A stretch of 64,000 nt of DNA from a candidate division FCPU426 bacterium (GTDB taxonomy: Bacteria; Oederibacteriota; JAAXVQ01; JAUVAV01), in the NCBI GenBank assembly GCA_040756875.1, contig JBFLYH010000001.1, forward strand, positions 1,388,299-1,452,298, read 5' to 3'. The translations under genes were made by a program, and so were the position numbers. Each line of letters begins with the position of its first letter. Within the stretch, counting starts at the first letter, position 1. The notes under the pieces are model-generated. The model made no database searches. It was given only the letters and a program-made list of their open reading frames with translations, and was not told the origin of the DNA. Below, piece after piece: positions 32,501 to 39,999 of the stretch.

Positions 32501-35126
32501 GGTCCGGATGTTCCCAGTCGTTCCACACCACTTCCATGCCGGTATCGGCGAAATACACGTTGCTGAGGTCGACGGTCGGATCGTTTTTAAGGGCCTGGAG
32601 GTAACGGTCCACGGCAAACCCGCGGCTGACCCAGTACGCGTTCTTCGTTTTGCCCGAAAGGTCGTTGTTGATTTCCGCCTCAATGTCGCCCGGCCGCGTG
32701 GCATCGCCCCCGCCCATCAGAATCAAGCGGCCGCTGTAATGGGCGCGGATTTCGGCGATCTGCCACTTCAACGCGCTGACGAGGCCGCCGTAGTACCAAT
32801 TGATGAACTGCTCGGCCTGGCTGTGATCGGCGCCCGGGTGGTCGAGGTCTGCCAGGGAGAACCCGTCGAAATCCATGGTTCCCTGCCCGCTGTTGTCGTA
32901 GGTCGTGAGGCTGGCGTCCAGGTAAGCCAGTTGGGCGTCGGCCGGACTGGTCAACTCGTGCCGGAAATCCTTCCAGCCTTCGGCCGAATATTTTTTCACC
33001 CATACTTGTCCGGCTTCCAACCAGGCCAGATACGGGGTGGCGCCTTGCACCGCCAGTTCGGGATAGCTGGCGTGGACCATGCCGTTGGCGTTCAATAGGC
33101 CGCCGACGCGTTCCCAGTCGCCGCCGTTCCACTTTTTGCAGTACAGCTTTTGCGTCTCGTTCTGCAGGATGCCCTCGAACCACACGGCGTAAGGCGTTTC
33201 TCCGGCAAAGGCGATGTCCGGGTAATCGGCAAAGAGCTGGGGATTCAGGGTCAGGTTTCCGCCCACCAGGGTCCAATCGGCGCCGTTCCAGCGTCTGACG
33301 TGGATTTGCATGTTTCCATCGCTGGTAATGACATACGGTTCATTGGCGGGAGACAAGGCCAGATTGGGGCGCTTGCCCGTGCTCAGGCTTGATCCCAGCA
33401 GCTGCCACGAACTCCCGTTGAATCGTTTGACGTAGATCCAGAGCCCCGAGCCTCTCCCCACCTCGTTCCAGGCGACGACCGGCTGGCTGTCCGACCCGAT
33501 GGCCAGCCGGGGCATGACGGGAATGATGCTCGAATCGTTGTCCGACACCACGACCAAGTCCCCTCCCACCAAACTCCATTTGTTGCTTTCGAATTTCTTC
33601 ACGTAAATCCGGTAGGGGTAGCCGTTGTTCTGCGACCAGACCACATAGGGCGTGCCGTTGTGGACGGCGATATCCGAGAATTGGTTGCCGCCGCACGGCA
33701 GTTTGCTGAGATAGGTGCCCAACGCCTGCCAGGAACTGCCATTGAATTTCTTGACCGCGATGTAACCGTCGCCGGTGCGGCGGTAGCTCACGTAAGGCGT
33801 GCCGTTGAAGGCCGCGATCCTCGGGAAGGTGCCGGTGGCCACCTGCCCGCCGACCGCCTGCCAGGCGGCGCCGTTCCACATTTTGACCTGCAAGGAAGTC
33901 CCGGCCTGGGCATAGACCACGTAAGTCTTCTGGTCGACCGGATCAATGGCCAGGTGTCCCTTGCCTTCCCACGAGGAAACGGCCTGGGCATTGGGCGAAT
34001 TGCCCTGCCAGGCCCAGACATCGGCTTCGGCTTGATACGCCAGGGTGGTGGCGCCGATGGCGTCCGCGAAATACAGGCGCAGATTGCCGCTGGCGTTGGC
34101 GGAGGCCTGCCGGGCCATACCCGTCAGGCGGTAGCGCGTCCCGCTCCGCACCGGCATCTCCTGGCGCAGATGGTAATTCGTTCCGGCCGCGCTCTGGTAA
34201 CGCAGCCAGCGGCTGCCTTCGCCGGCCTGGTTCGGGTCCTGGATGACCTGGGGGTTCCAGCCCGAACCCAGGGCATGGCAATCCCGCGCGCTCCACCAGT
34301 TGGCGATGGTCCCGGAATAGAAAGTATCCTCGAAGCCGCCGTTCACCAGCCGCTGGCCGGTTCCGGCCTGCGTGGCCGGCATCCAGCCCGGCACCGGGCA
34401 GGCGGCCTGGGCGTCGTTTTCGTAGGCCCAATAGCAGTTCCAATTCCCGTAGTAATCCTCGCCCCGGCTGTCGCCCGGCCGGTCCAAGCGCTTGACCGGA
34501 TTAAGGCCTGGAAAGGCCACTTCCCCGAATTGGCCGCTGGAAATATAGATTGCCCACAGGCTGTCCTTCAGGTCCGCAAACTCAGTCAGCACTTGGTGGA
34601 TATAGGCGCAGACCCGGTTCTGGTAATTCGCATCCCAAAGGCTGACTTGGGTGTTATATTGTTCCTCCTCATCCAGCCGATTGTCCACCAGGTCCGGCTC
34701 CCATTCCCGGCCATATTGATTCTTGTACCGCACGTTGCCTTCGTCTTTATAGTATTTCGGCACGGGAAAGGGATTGATGCGCAAGACGACCTGAAACCCG
34801 GCGTTTTGGTAGTGTTGAATTTCAAGCCGTTTCTGGTTCAGGTAATGGGCGTTCCAGTTTCCATCGTTCTGATAATCCGCCCAGCGGATATAGACGTTGC
34901 GGAGGTTGATCCCCCGGTCATGTTCATCCAGAAGATAGCGGAAATCCGTGGGTACACCGTGCATGCTTTCCTTATTGGTATTCACTCTGGGATCTTTGGC
35001 ATAGGGAACCAGGTAGTGATAGGATTCATCCCAAGCCGTTCCGAAATCATATGAATGGCCCGGCGTTTGAAAAGCAGACAAGGCCAGCACGGTCATCCCA
35101 GCGATAAGCCATTTTTTCCAAGCCAT
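26505..35126 (-). CDS. Giant secreted modular glycoside hydrolase (GH14/GH42-like barrel, CBM insert, two beta-propellers, 7 repeated modules, T9SS-like CTD)
   Basis: N-terminus paralogous to 15614..25105 ([30 protein letters not shown]); VKxWNGxxW propeller repeats; CTD ...KKVAIIK. Start chosen at ATG 35126; the ORF is open from 35159. Confidence 0.8.
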   Translation of the reverse strand: MAWKKWLIAGMTVLALSAFQTPGHSYDFGTAWDESYHYLVPYAKDPRVNTNKESMHGVPTDFRYLLDEHDRGINLRNVYIRWADYQNDGNWNAHYLNQKRLEIQHYQNAGFQVVLRINPFPVPKYYKDEGNVRYKNQYGREWEPDLVDNRLDEEEQYNTQVSLWDANYQNRVCAYIHQVLTEFADLKDSLWAIYISSGQFGEVAFPGLNPVKRLDRPGDSRGEDYYGNWNCYWAYENDAQAACPVPGWMPATQAGTGQRLVNGGFEDTFYSGTIANWWSARDCHALGSGWNPQVIQDPNQAGEGSRWLRYQSAAGTNYHLRQEMPVRSGTRYRLTGMARQASANASGNLRLYFADAIGATTLAYQAEADVWAWQGNSPNAQAVSSWEGKGHLAIDPVDQKTYVVYAQAGTSLQVKMWNGAAWQAVGGQVATGTFPRIAAFNGTPYVSYRRTGDGYIAVKKFNGSSWQALGTYLSKLPCGGNQFSDIAVHNGTPYVVWSQNNGYPYRIYVKKFESNKWSLVGGDLVVVSDNDSSIIPVMPRLAIGSDSQPVVAWNEVGRGSGLWIYVKRFNGSSWQLLGSSLSTGKRPNLALSPANEPYVITSDGNMQIHVRRWNGADWTLVGGNLTLNPQLFADYPDIAFAGETPYAVWFEGILQNETQKLYCKKWNGGDWERVGGLLNANGMVHASYPELAVQGATPYLAWLEAGQVWVKKYSAEGWKDFRHELTSPADAQLAYLDASLTTYDNSGQGTMDFDGFSLADLDHPGADHSQAEQFINWYYGGLVSALKWQIAEIRAHYSGRLILMGGGDATRPGDIEAEINNDLSGKTKNAYWVSRGFAVDRYLQALKNDPTVDLSNVYFADTGMEVVWNDWEHPDRFSGAAWNDSPLRSDWSAPKYYAQTARDIWGPTAKLYGENGGLNSFAQMQDVFQNLQTLDFSGLGWYTIGQLFEPARGTNIKNYVDLIAQYNALPPKPPTGGSIHPIAAGWEAGEAMGYDNVYDSRNNVAGYDPAEYGAPLCTRAYTGNRNVLPRTGSDYLVASGKVDLTGPGNPYCYSWLFNDVLIPYHKITVTPGMKLRYYIYHYDDPGRADDGNKCVAVDFMYTAAGADPNVPSNRQYLRDSGLLDQNGIGVHPSARQVANNPANAWNLVEVDLTPLLNGGAKEIHEIYVAFDDPDWNLHGEAYRAYVDDLAFEPAPAQAGYLEEFDGPAATLPANWEDYTDWQDPNISNATITRNGDSTATVSLRPGVNNYSQVRTPIFVNLDPTAYNQLEIRIKEVTPNTWLDVTLNEQRGSHRQNNCMHRLDHPGTYRVDLNAIKGDLDMSAFAFRLWINGPAGNAAVKLDYIKITPNPDPAFDDHFTGPAGQVPASWNDSSNSNEYNATFQGNGSSQATIRLLGGSSYGNIAGPMIYQHDRATYDALEFKVDGVTSGAWVDVGLLARNTQTNNFQDYGLIARVNDGGIWRAKLDRVPAEADLSAMTVKMWLNGTPAASDAVLDYVRFVQHPPVPVVTPTPDGYEEHFGGAAGEKPEGWRDRMAWGEYNARIEDNGASQAVITLDPLDTYGDVISPVITNLDTQVFHVLEIKIDSLTCDYLDVGIQQETGSFQYFGALRATTAGVYYVDLNSLAPGADLSRFSIKFWPNDSARSGAATLEYVRVVGNEGYTDHLKGTNGQIPSGWRDKSNSPASGATLTSDGATYAAITLDPDRTYGDIWSPDIRGLNTTVNDVLEIKVEQVNANCYFDVGIQIINGPYITAFAGLNTPGTHRVRLHDIAAGQDLSAIFVKVWANGPQGATVGKLDYLRIHPEGPAGYLDHFTGPAGQRPEGWSVHECSFTGDGGTQATIALTADSTGETWSAVVKNLDTSVYDTLEVSVSGVNHIYALAVQLREAGERQATYGGLWFYGTGTKQYNIRDLWSYYTGYMDQSEFVIKVDVLAYGPGDSATLDYIRIIPSSTLNTPTPTPTVTATVTPTQAETATITPTPTITITQTITLTATATPTPTASPTYTPTPVTIPGQWLSDGGSLNVNIILNARNPRLAMLNGIPYVSWEEPAVSGKINSLYVKRYAGSGAWELLGTKLNMVTRVPSYQGWNMAADLNLTMISGLPYAAWTEGDTGHENVYVKCFMNGDWQRLGGLIGAYEWYQTGQPRIAGSASGVPWVAYRERREYPRTNYQTFACYLNGATWVTLGGALNAVSTDEVANPAIALDGETPYVIWHESSKLYVKHWNGSQWVQNGGVLNVDSGQSADQPEIIIHDGLPTAAWLESGKVFVKQWNGTDWNMLGSYLNLAESQVGDHPRLASDGVNLFVTWGEDNQIYVKKWDGGQWALASGSLNLDPYQGADTSTVGLAYTMPFAAFAESNGSNKHIYAKHFVADGFTPPTSTPTPNPTPMPEEFWRDEFTPPSALWQDSTDNVAFAADLGSGYISLGSIASWGKALSPAMHCDVSLYRKVSIKIDSLSQNPTWKLGIQEIGGSWNYWDCNTSSSQTGIFTFDIPGITGWAGTHDFYVQLTIEGQYTAVYVDWVRIFSDLMTPTVTVTPSRSVTSTITPTITPTSSLTPTATPTSSATLTVTPTQVPAEAWREDFVGTAPDQPAGWLDETDDSQFNAQLSYSYTASLASITRTAESNWGKTLSPLITCDVSVYRYVELAVASVLPDTTWKVGIQEEGGAWQYWDLNSSQSQTGRFAYDLAAVTGWTGTHAFRVQLVAEGLAGSGLEVDWVRICLPEVVGSSAGGWQALYVANSPTFTPTTTPTFTPTAAADTPTPVVNTNTPTPTPTPTPWLGEHKVVTYPNPARGHVTFAYTVTGQASVTIDVYRLTGERVARITDRKQGGAGQTLTTIWDAAGIAPGIYLCRIQVTDAAGRVVVDQKKKVAIIK

Positions 35127-35201
35127 GGAAGTACCCCCCGAATGATGTTTCCGTAACACCTGTATATATAATGAATCGCAATGGATATTGTTAACCAGAG
35201 G

Positions 35202-35230
35202 TTAGACTAGGCAGGACGCGGTTTATAACA
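35202..35230 (-). promoter_or_regulatory. Candidate ECF sigma promoter (shared motif)
   Basis: TGTTAT-N17-GTCTAA. TGTTATAAA-N14-GTCTAAC is shared exactly with the 25296 site. Confidence 0.62.
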
Positions 35231-35235
35231 GGACT

Positions 35236-35275
35236 AAAAAAAGAAAAGCCCTCCGGCTGGCAACCGGAGGACTTT
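35236..35275 (-). terminator. Rho-independent terminator
   Basis: CCTCCGG/CCGGAGG stem plus T tract after stop 35299. Confidence 0.7.
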
Positions 35276-35298
35276 GACAGGCAAAAGGCGATAACGCT

Positions 35299-36243
35299 TT
35301 AAAAATGCACTCCCACGCTGAATTGGTGGGCCGTGCCCAGGTCTCCAAAAGCAGCCAGGGCGTAATCCACCACCAACAATTCGCCGCGGATGCCCAGCCC
35401 CAGGGTCAGGCCGGTCGAACCGCCCAAGCCTCCGGTTTCGCGGATTTTATAACCCAAGCGCAGGGCGTAATTCGTGTACCAGTATTCGGTTCCCAGATTC
35501 GCGGACACGTACCGGGTATCTCCGAAGGGAACGTCCACGTCCAAAAGCACGTTCCAACTGTCCTTGTCGAACAATTGGACCGGCAGTTTATAGGCCGCGC
35601 CCACCTTGGCCGCCAGGGGCAGGTTGAAATCCAGCACCGGCGTGCCCAGGTTGCGCACCACGGCGCCCAGCTGCAGGTTCAGGACCGGCGGCTTGACCAG
35701 CACGCCCGCGTCAAAGGCCACGGCTGAATAGCTCTCGGTGTCGATGGTCTGCGAAAAATACTTTATCGTCGCGCCTACGGCCACCATGGGCACCAGCCAC
35801 TGGCCGTACCCGGCGGAAAAGGCCAGCACCGACGGCGTGAAATCCCCCTGCGCTTCCGGCAGGCCGTCGCTTCCCACCACGTATCTGGAAAATTGGCCGT
35901 AATTAATGTACATGAGGTTCGCGCCCAGGCCCGAACCGCCGAATATATTTTGGGCGTAGGCGAGGTATTCCACCGAAGTACCCTGGAGATAAATGTTGTG
36001 CATGAACCCGGCTTCGATCCCGCCAATCTGGGCCAGGCCGGCGGGGTTCCAGGCCGTGGCATTGACATCGTCGGCCTTGGCGATGAAAGCCTCGCCCATG
36101 GCCACGGGCCTTGACCCCAACCCCAGCCCCAGTTCAGAGGCGCCCACCTTGCCGGCCGCAAAATCCGTCTGATCGGCCCATCCAGCCGCCACCCAAACGG
36201 CAGCCGCGCCCAGCGCGGCGATCAAGTGATGCCAACGGATCAT
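35299..36243 (-). CDS. PorV/PorQ-family outer-membrane beta-barrel protein (paralog of 25397..26347)
   Basis: GSRPVAMGEAFIAKADD.NA..WNPAGL; shares GKVGASEL, FMHNIYL and GYGQW with the other copy; C-terminal Phe. Confidence 0.82.
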   Translation of the reverse strand: MIRWHHLIAALGAAAVWVAAGWADQTDFAAGKVGASELGLGLGSRPVAMGEAFIAKADDVNATAWNPAGLAQIGGIEAGFMHNIYLQGTSVEYLAYAQNIFGGSGLGANLMYINYGQFSRYVVGSDGLPEAQGDFTPSVLAFSAGYGQWLVPMVAVGATIKYFSQTIDTESYSAVAFDAGVLVKPPVLNLQLGAVVRNLGTPVLDFNLPLAAKVGAAYKLPVQLFDKDSWNVLLDVDVPFGDTRYVSANLGTEYWYTNYALRLGYKIRETGGLGGSTGLTLGLGIRGELLVVDYALAAFGDLGTAHQFSVGVHF

Positions 36244-36264
36244 GACGTTCCTCCTGTCATCCGA

Positions 36265-39200
36265 TTATTTAATGATAGCCACTTTCTTGACCTGATTCAC
36301 GACCTGCAGACCCTGGTCATTGGTAACCACCAAGCGGCAGAAGTAAATGCCCGGCGCCACCTGGGCCGCGTTCCAGACCATGGTCAGCACCTGGCTGGGC
36401 GAACCGACCGCCTGCTCCTGCACCGAGGCCACCCGCTCGCCGGTCATGCGATAAATGTCCAGTGTGGCGGTCACCGGCCCGTTGGCCTGGTAGCCGAAAA
36501 TAACCCGGTCAGTGGCCGGGTTGGGATAAGCCAGGAAATCGTTTTTAGCCACCCAGGGCGTGGCGGTGTAAGTCGGCGTCACCGTGGGTGTCGCGGTCGG
36601 GAAGCCGTAACCGGCGATCCGGACAAAGTCCAGTTCCACGTACTTGCCGGCGCCGCCTTCCACGGCGATTTCCACGCTGAACCGATGCGTGCCGCTATTC
36701 CAGCCCGCCACGGCGGCGTAATTGTATTCAAAGGTACCGAGGTTGGCATTGTTCGCCTGGATCTCATACGTCGCGTAGGAGCCTTCCAGTTCCTGAATAT
36801 TGAGTTTCCACTGTGTGGCGGTCGAAATACCCTTTACGCTGATCTGCACCAAGGGGAATTGCGCCGTGTCGATCGTCAAGGCCGGAGACATGACTTTGCC
36901 CCAGGTGCTGTCCGCGTTGCGCGTGACCGCGGCCCAGGAATAGGTCGTGGAATGGGCAATCTCCAGGTTGTAGGCCGGGTTTTGGGATTCATCTTCCCAA
37001 TTTGCGGGCTGCTGGCCGGGCGTGCCGATGAAATGATCTTCCCAGCCGATCACAGTCGGTATCGGTGTGGGCGTAATCGTGGGTGAGGGTGGCACGCCGA
37101 GCATGTAGATTTGCACCAGATCCAAAGTCACCGTGGCCGGCGCATCGCCCACCAGGACCAGTTCCACGCTGAAGGTATGTACTCCGGTATTCAAACCGGT
37201 CAGCGTGGCATAATTGAAATTGAACGTCCCGACCGAGCCTGTTTCCGTATTCAAGTCCCAATGCCTGAAGCTGCCTTCCTGTTCCTGGATCCCGAGCTTC
37301 CACTGGGCGCCGCCCGCCACGTTGCTGACGACGACTTGGAGCCAGGGGTATTGGCCCACGTCCACAGTCTTGTTGGAGGTCAGCACCTTGCCCCAGCCTT
37401 CGCTGCCAGCCGGCCGCGTGAGCGCCGCGTAAGAATTGACGGCTGAATAGGAGATTTCGAGATTGAAGCTAATGGTATCGGTGTCGTCGAGCCAGCCTGC
37501 GGGCTGCTGTCCGGGTGTGCCGCCGGTGAAATGATCGCTCCAGAAAGCGGTGATCGCCTGGGTGGCGGTGATCGTGGGCGTGGCGGTCGCGCTGTTTACG
37601 ACATCCGGCGTATTCGTGACGGTAAAGGTGGCCGGCGGAGTCGTGCCGTAGATGCGCACCTGGTCCACCACCACGTATTCACCGGCCCCTCCTTCCACCA
37701 CGATTTCCACGCTGAACACGTGCGTGCCGGTGTTCCAGCCCGTAAGCGCGGCGTAATTGAAGGATTGCGTGGCCACCCCGCTTTGGGAGCCGCTCAGGTC
37801 CCAATGGGAATAACTGCCTTCCTGTTCCTGGATGCCGAGTTTCCAGGTGGCGCCGGCTGAAAGCCCGCTCACCGTGATTTCGACCATGGGATAGAACCCC
37901 ACGTCGACGGTCTGGTTGGGCGACAACACCTTGCCCCACGTGCTCTCCGCGGTCCGCGTCACCGCGGCCAGGGAGCTGGTGTAGGAATAGGCGATGTGCG
38001 CGTTGAAGGTAGCATCCTGGGTCTCATCCGTCCAATTGGTCGGCTGGTCGCCGGCCGTGCCTATAAAATGATCCTGCCAGCTATTGTAAGTGCCGGTCCC
38101 GGTAGTGGAGGTCGGCGTGGGCGTGAACGTCCGGGTGATGGTCCGGGTCGCGGTAATAGTCGGAGTGGGCGTGTGGGTGTTCACGAGGTCCGGCGTATTG
38201 GTAATGGTGAAGGTCGGAGAAGCGGTCGGCGTCGGCGTAATAGTGGGCGTTTTGGTCAAGGTGGGAGTATTGGTCGGCGTATTGGATGTCCCATAGATGC
38301 GCACGGAATCCACGACCACGTATGTTCCCGTGCCGCCTTCCACGATGATCTCCACGCTGAACACGTGCACCCCGCTCAGCAACCCGGTCAGCGTGGCATA
38401 GTTGAACGGAAACGTTCCGGTCCCGGTTTGCGACCCGCTCAAATCCCAGTGCCGGTAGCTCCCCTCCTGCTCCTGGATCCCCAGCTTCCAGCTGGTGCTG
38501 GCCGAAAGCCCGGTGACCACGATTTCCACCATCGGATAAGCTGCCACGTCCGCGGTCTGCGCCGGCGACAGTACCTTGCCCCACGTGCTCTCCGCCGTGC
38601 GCGTCACTGCGGCCATGGAATTAATATAGGAATACGCGATGTGCGCGTTGAAATTCGCATCCTGCGTCTCGTCCCACCAGTTGGTCGGCTGGTCGCCGGC
38701 TAGACCCACGAAATGATCCTCCCAAAAGTTGGACGTCGGACCGCCGGGCGTGACCGTGGGCGTGATGGTGGGGGTAAAGGTCGGCGTGCCGCTGCTGCCG
38801 CTGTAAATGCGCACGGAATCTACGACCACGTATGTTCCCGTGCCGCCTTCCACGATGATCTCCACGCTGAACACGTGCGTCCCGCTCAGCAACCCGGTCA
38901 GCGTGGCATAGTTGAACGGAAACGTCCCGGTCCCGGTTTGCGACCCGCTCAAATCCCAGTGCCGGTAGCTTCCCTCCTGCTCCTGGATCCCCAGCTTCCA
39001 CGACGTGCTCGCCGATACCCCGCTCACTACAATTTCAATCATGGGATACGTCGCCGTATTCACAGTCTGCGCCGGAGACAGCACCTTGCCCCACGTGCTT
39101 TCCGCGGTCCGCGTCACCGCAGCCATCGAACTCGTGTACGAGTAGGCGATATGCGCGTTGTAGCTCGAATCCTGCGTCTCGTCCCACCAGTTGGTCGGCT

Positions 39201-39810
39201 GATCGCCGGCTATGCCCACGAAATGGTCCTGCCAAAAGTTGGACGTTGGACCGCCGGGCGTGGCCGTGGGCGTGATGGTGGGGGTAAAGGTCGGCGTGCC
39301 GGCAACGTCATAGATGCGTACGGAATCCACGACCACGTATGTTCCCGTGCCACCTTCTACGATGATCTCCACGCTGAACACGTGCACTCCGCTCAGCAAC
39401 CCGGTCAGCGTGGCATAGTTGAACGGAAACGTCCCGGTCCCGGTTTGCGACCCACTCAAATCCCAGTGCCGGTAGCTTCCCTCCTGCTCCTGGATCCCCA
39501 GCTTCCAGCTGGTGCTGGCTGAAAGCCCGGTGACCACGATCTCAATCATCGGATTAGCGGCCACATCCAAAGTCTGCGCCGGCGACAGCACCTTGCCCCA
39601 CGTGCTCTCCGCCGTGCGCGTCACTGCGGCCATGGAATTAACATAGGAATACGCGATGTGCGCGTTGAAATTCAAGTCCTGCGTCTCGTCCCACCAGTTG
39701 GTCGGCTGGTCGCCGGCCGTACCCACGAAATGTTCTTCCCAGACATTGGCCGCCTGGGTATTGACCGCCGCGAACACGATCAGTCCCATCACCGCGAGTA
39801 TTTTTTTCAT
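36265..39810 (-). CDS. Secreted non-catalytic scaffold-like protein: 6 tandem repeated modules + TP linkers + T9SS-like CTD
   Basis: Signal peptide MKKILAVM (GGAGG SD before ATG 39810); six W.[DE]HF.G...QP..W modules; CTD YPNP...KKVAIIK. Confidence 0.85.
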   Translation of the reverse strand: MKKILAVMGLIVFAAVNTQAANVWEEHFVGTAGDQPTNWWDETQDLNFNAHIAYSYVNSMAAVTRTAESTWGKVLSPAQTLDVAANPMIEIVVTGLSASTSWKLGIQEQEGSYRHWDLSGSQTGTGTFPFNYATLTGLLSGVHVFSVEIIVEGGTGTYVVVDSVRIYDVAGTPTFTPTITPTATPGGPTSNFWQDHFVGIAGDQPTNWWDETQDSSYNAHIAYSYTSSMAAVTRTAESTWGKVLSPAQTVNTATYPMIEIVVSGVSASTSWKLGIQEQEGSYRHWDLSGSQTGTGTFPFNYATLTGLLSGTHVFSVEIIVEGGTGTYVVVDSVRIYSGSSGTPTFTPTITPTVTPGGPTSNFWEDHFVGLAGDQPTNWWDETQDANFNAHIAYSYINSMAAVTRTAESTWGKVLSPAQTADVAAYPMVEIVVTGLSASTSWKLGIQEQEGSYRHWDLSGSQTGTGTFPFNYATLTGLLSGVHVFSVEIIVEGGTGTYVVVDSVRIYGTSNTPTNTPTLTKTPTITPTPTASPTFTITNTPDLVNTHTPTPTITATRTITRTFTPTPTSTTGTGTYNSWQDHFIGTAGDQPTNWTDETQDATFNAHIAYSYTSSLAAVTRTAESTWGKVLSPNQTVDVGFYPMVEITVSGLSAGATWKLGIQEQEGSYSHWDLSGSQSGVATQSFNYAALTGWNTGTHVFSVEIVVEGGAGEYVVVDQVRIYGTTPPATFTVTNTPDVVNSATATPTITATQAITAFWSDHFTGGTPGQQPAGWLDDTDTISFNLEISYSAVNSYAALTRPAGSEGWGKVLTSNKTVDVGQYPWLQVVVSNVAGGAQWKLGIQEQEGSFRHWDLNTETGSVGTFNFNYATLTGLNTGVHTFSVELVLVGDAPATVTLDLVQIYMLGVPPSPTITPTPIPTVIGWEDHFIGTPGQQPANWEDESQNPAYNLEIAHSTTYSWAAVTRNADSTWGKVMSPALTIDTAQFPLVQISVKGISTATQWKLNIQELEGSYATYEIQANNANLGTFEYNYAAVAGWNSGTHRFSVEIAVEGGAGKYVELDFVRIAGYGFPTATPTVTPTYTATPWVAKNDFLAYPNPATDRVIFGYQANGPVTATLDIYRMTGERVASVQEQAVGSPSQVLTMVWNAAQVAPGIYFCRLVVTNDQGLQVVNQVKKVAIIK
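38285..39745. repeat. Three near-identical ~510-bp intragenic duplications (modules 1-3)
   Basis: Blocks such as gttgaacggaaacgt.ccggtcccggtttgcgaccc.ctcaaatcccagtgccggtagct recur at about 38401, 38911 and 39418. Confidence 0.85.
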
Positions 39811-39894
39811 TCCAGCCTCCCCACCAAACGGCCTCAGGCAGGATACGCCCAAAGCCTTGTATATATCGGGATTATATCATAGCGCAATATATAG

Positions 39895-39924
39895 TTAGAC
39901 TTGCAAAATACCCAAATCGTTTCA
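39895..39924 (-). promoter_or_regulatory. Candidate ECF sigma promoter (shared motif)
   Basis: TGAAAC-N18-GTCTAA upstream of the scaffold gene. A TGATATAAT extended -10 lies at 39871-39879. Confidence 0.58.
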
Positions 39925-39946
39925 CATTTTTTTTGTGAATGAGCGG

Positions 39947-39991
39947 AATAGGGCGAACCCCGCGCAAGCTGCTCGCGGGGTCCGCCCTATT
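39947..39991 (-). terminator. Long stem-loop after 40000..44487
   Basis: AATAGGGCG.ACCCCGCG / CGCGGGGT.CGCCCTATT inverted repeat. Confidence 0.55.
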
Positions 39992-39999
39992 TGCCGGTT

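Noticed and set aside
30315-35054. Long plus-strand ORFs (927 aa, 464 aa); similarly 13764..15353 and 53572..55866
   Set aside because: Antisense to well-supported genes in GC-rich DNA, with no recognisable motifs.
36265-39810. Diversity-generating retroelement or canonical cellulosome
   Set aside because: No reverse transcriptase in the window and no evident adenine-specific variation. No cohesin or dockerin motifs; the DxNxDG repeats elsewhere are FG-GAP.
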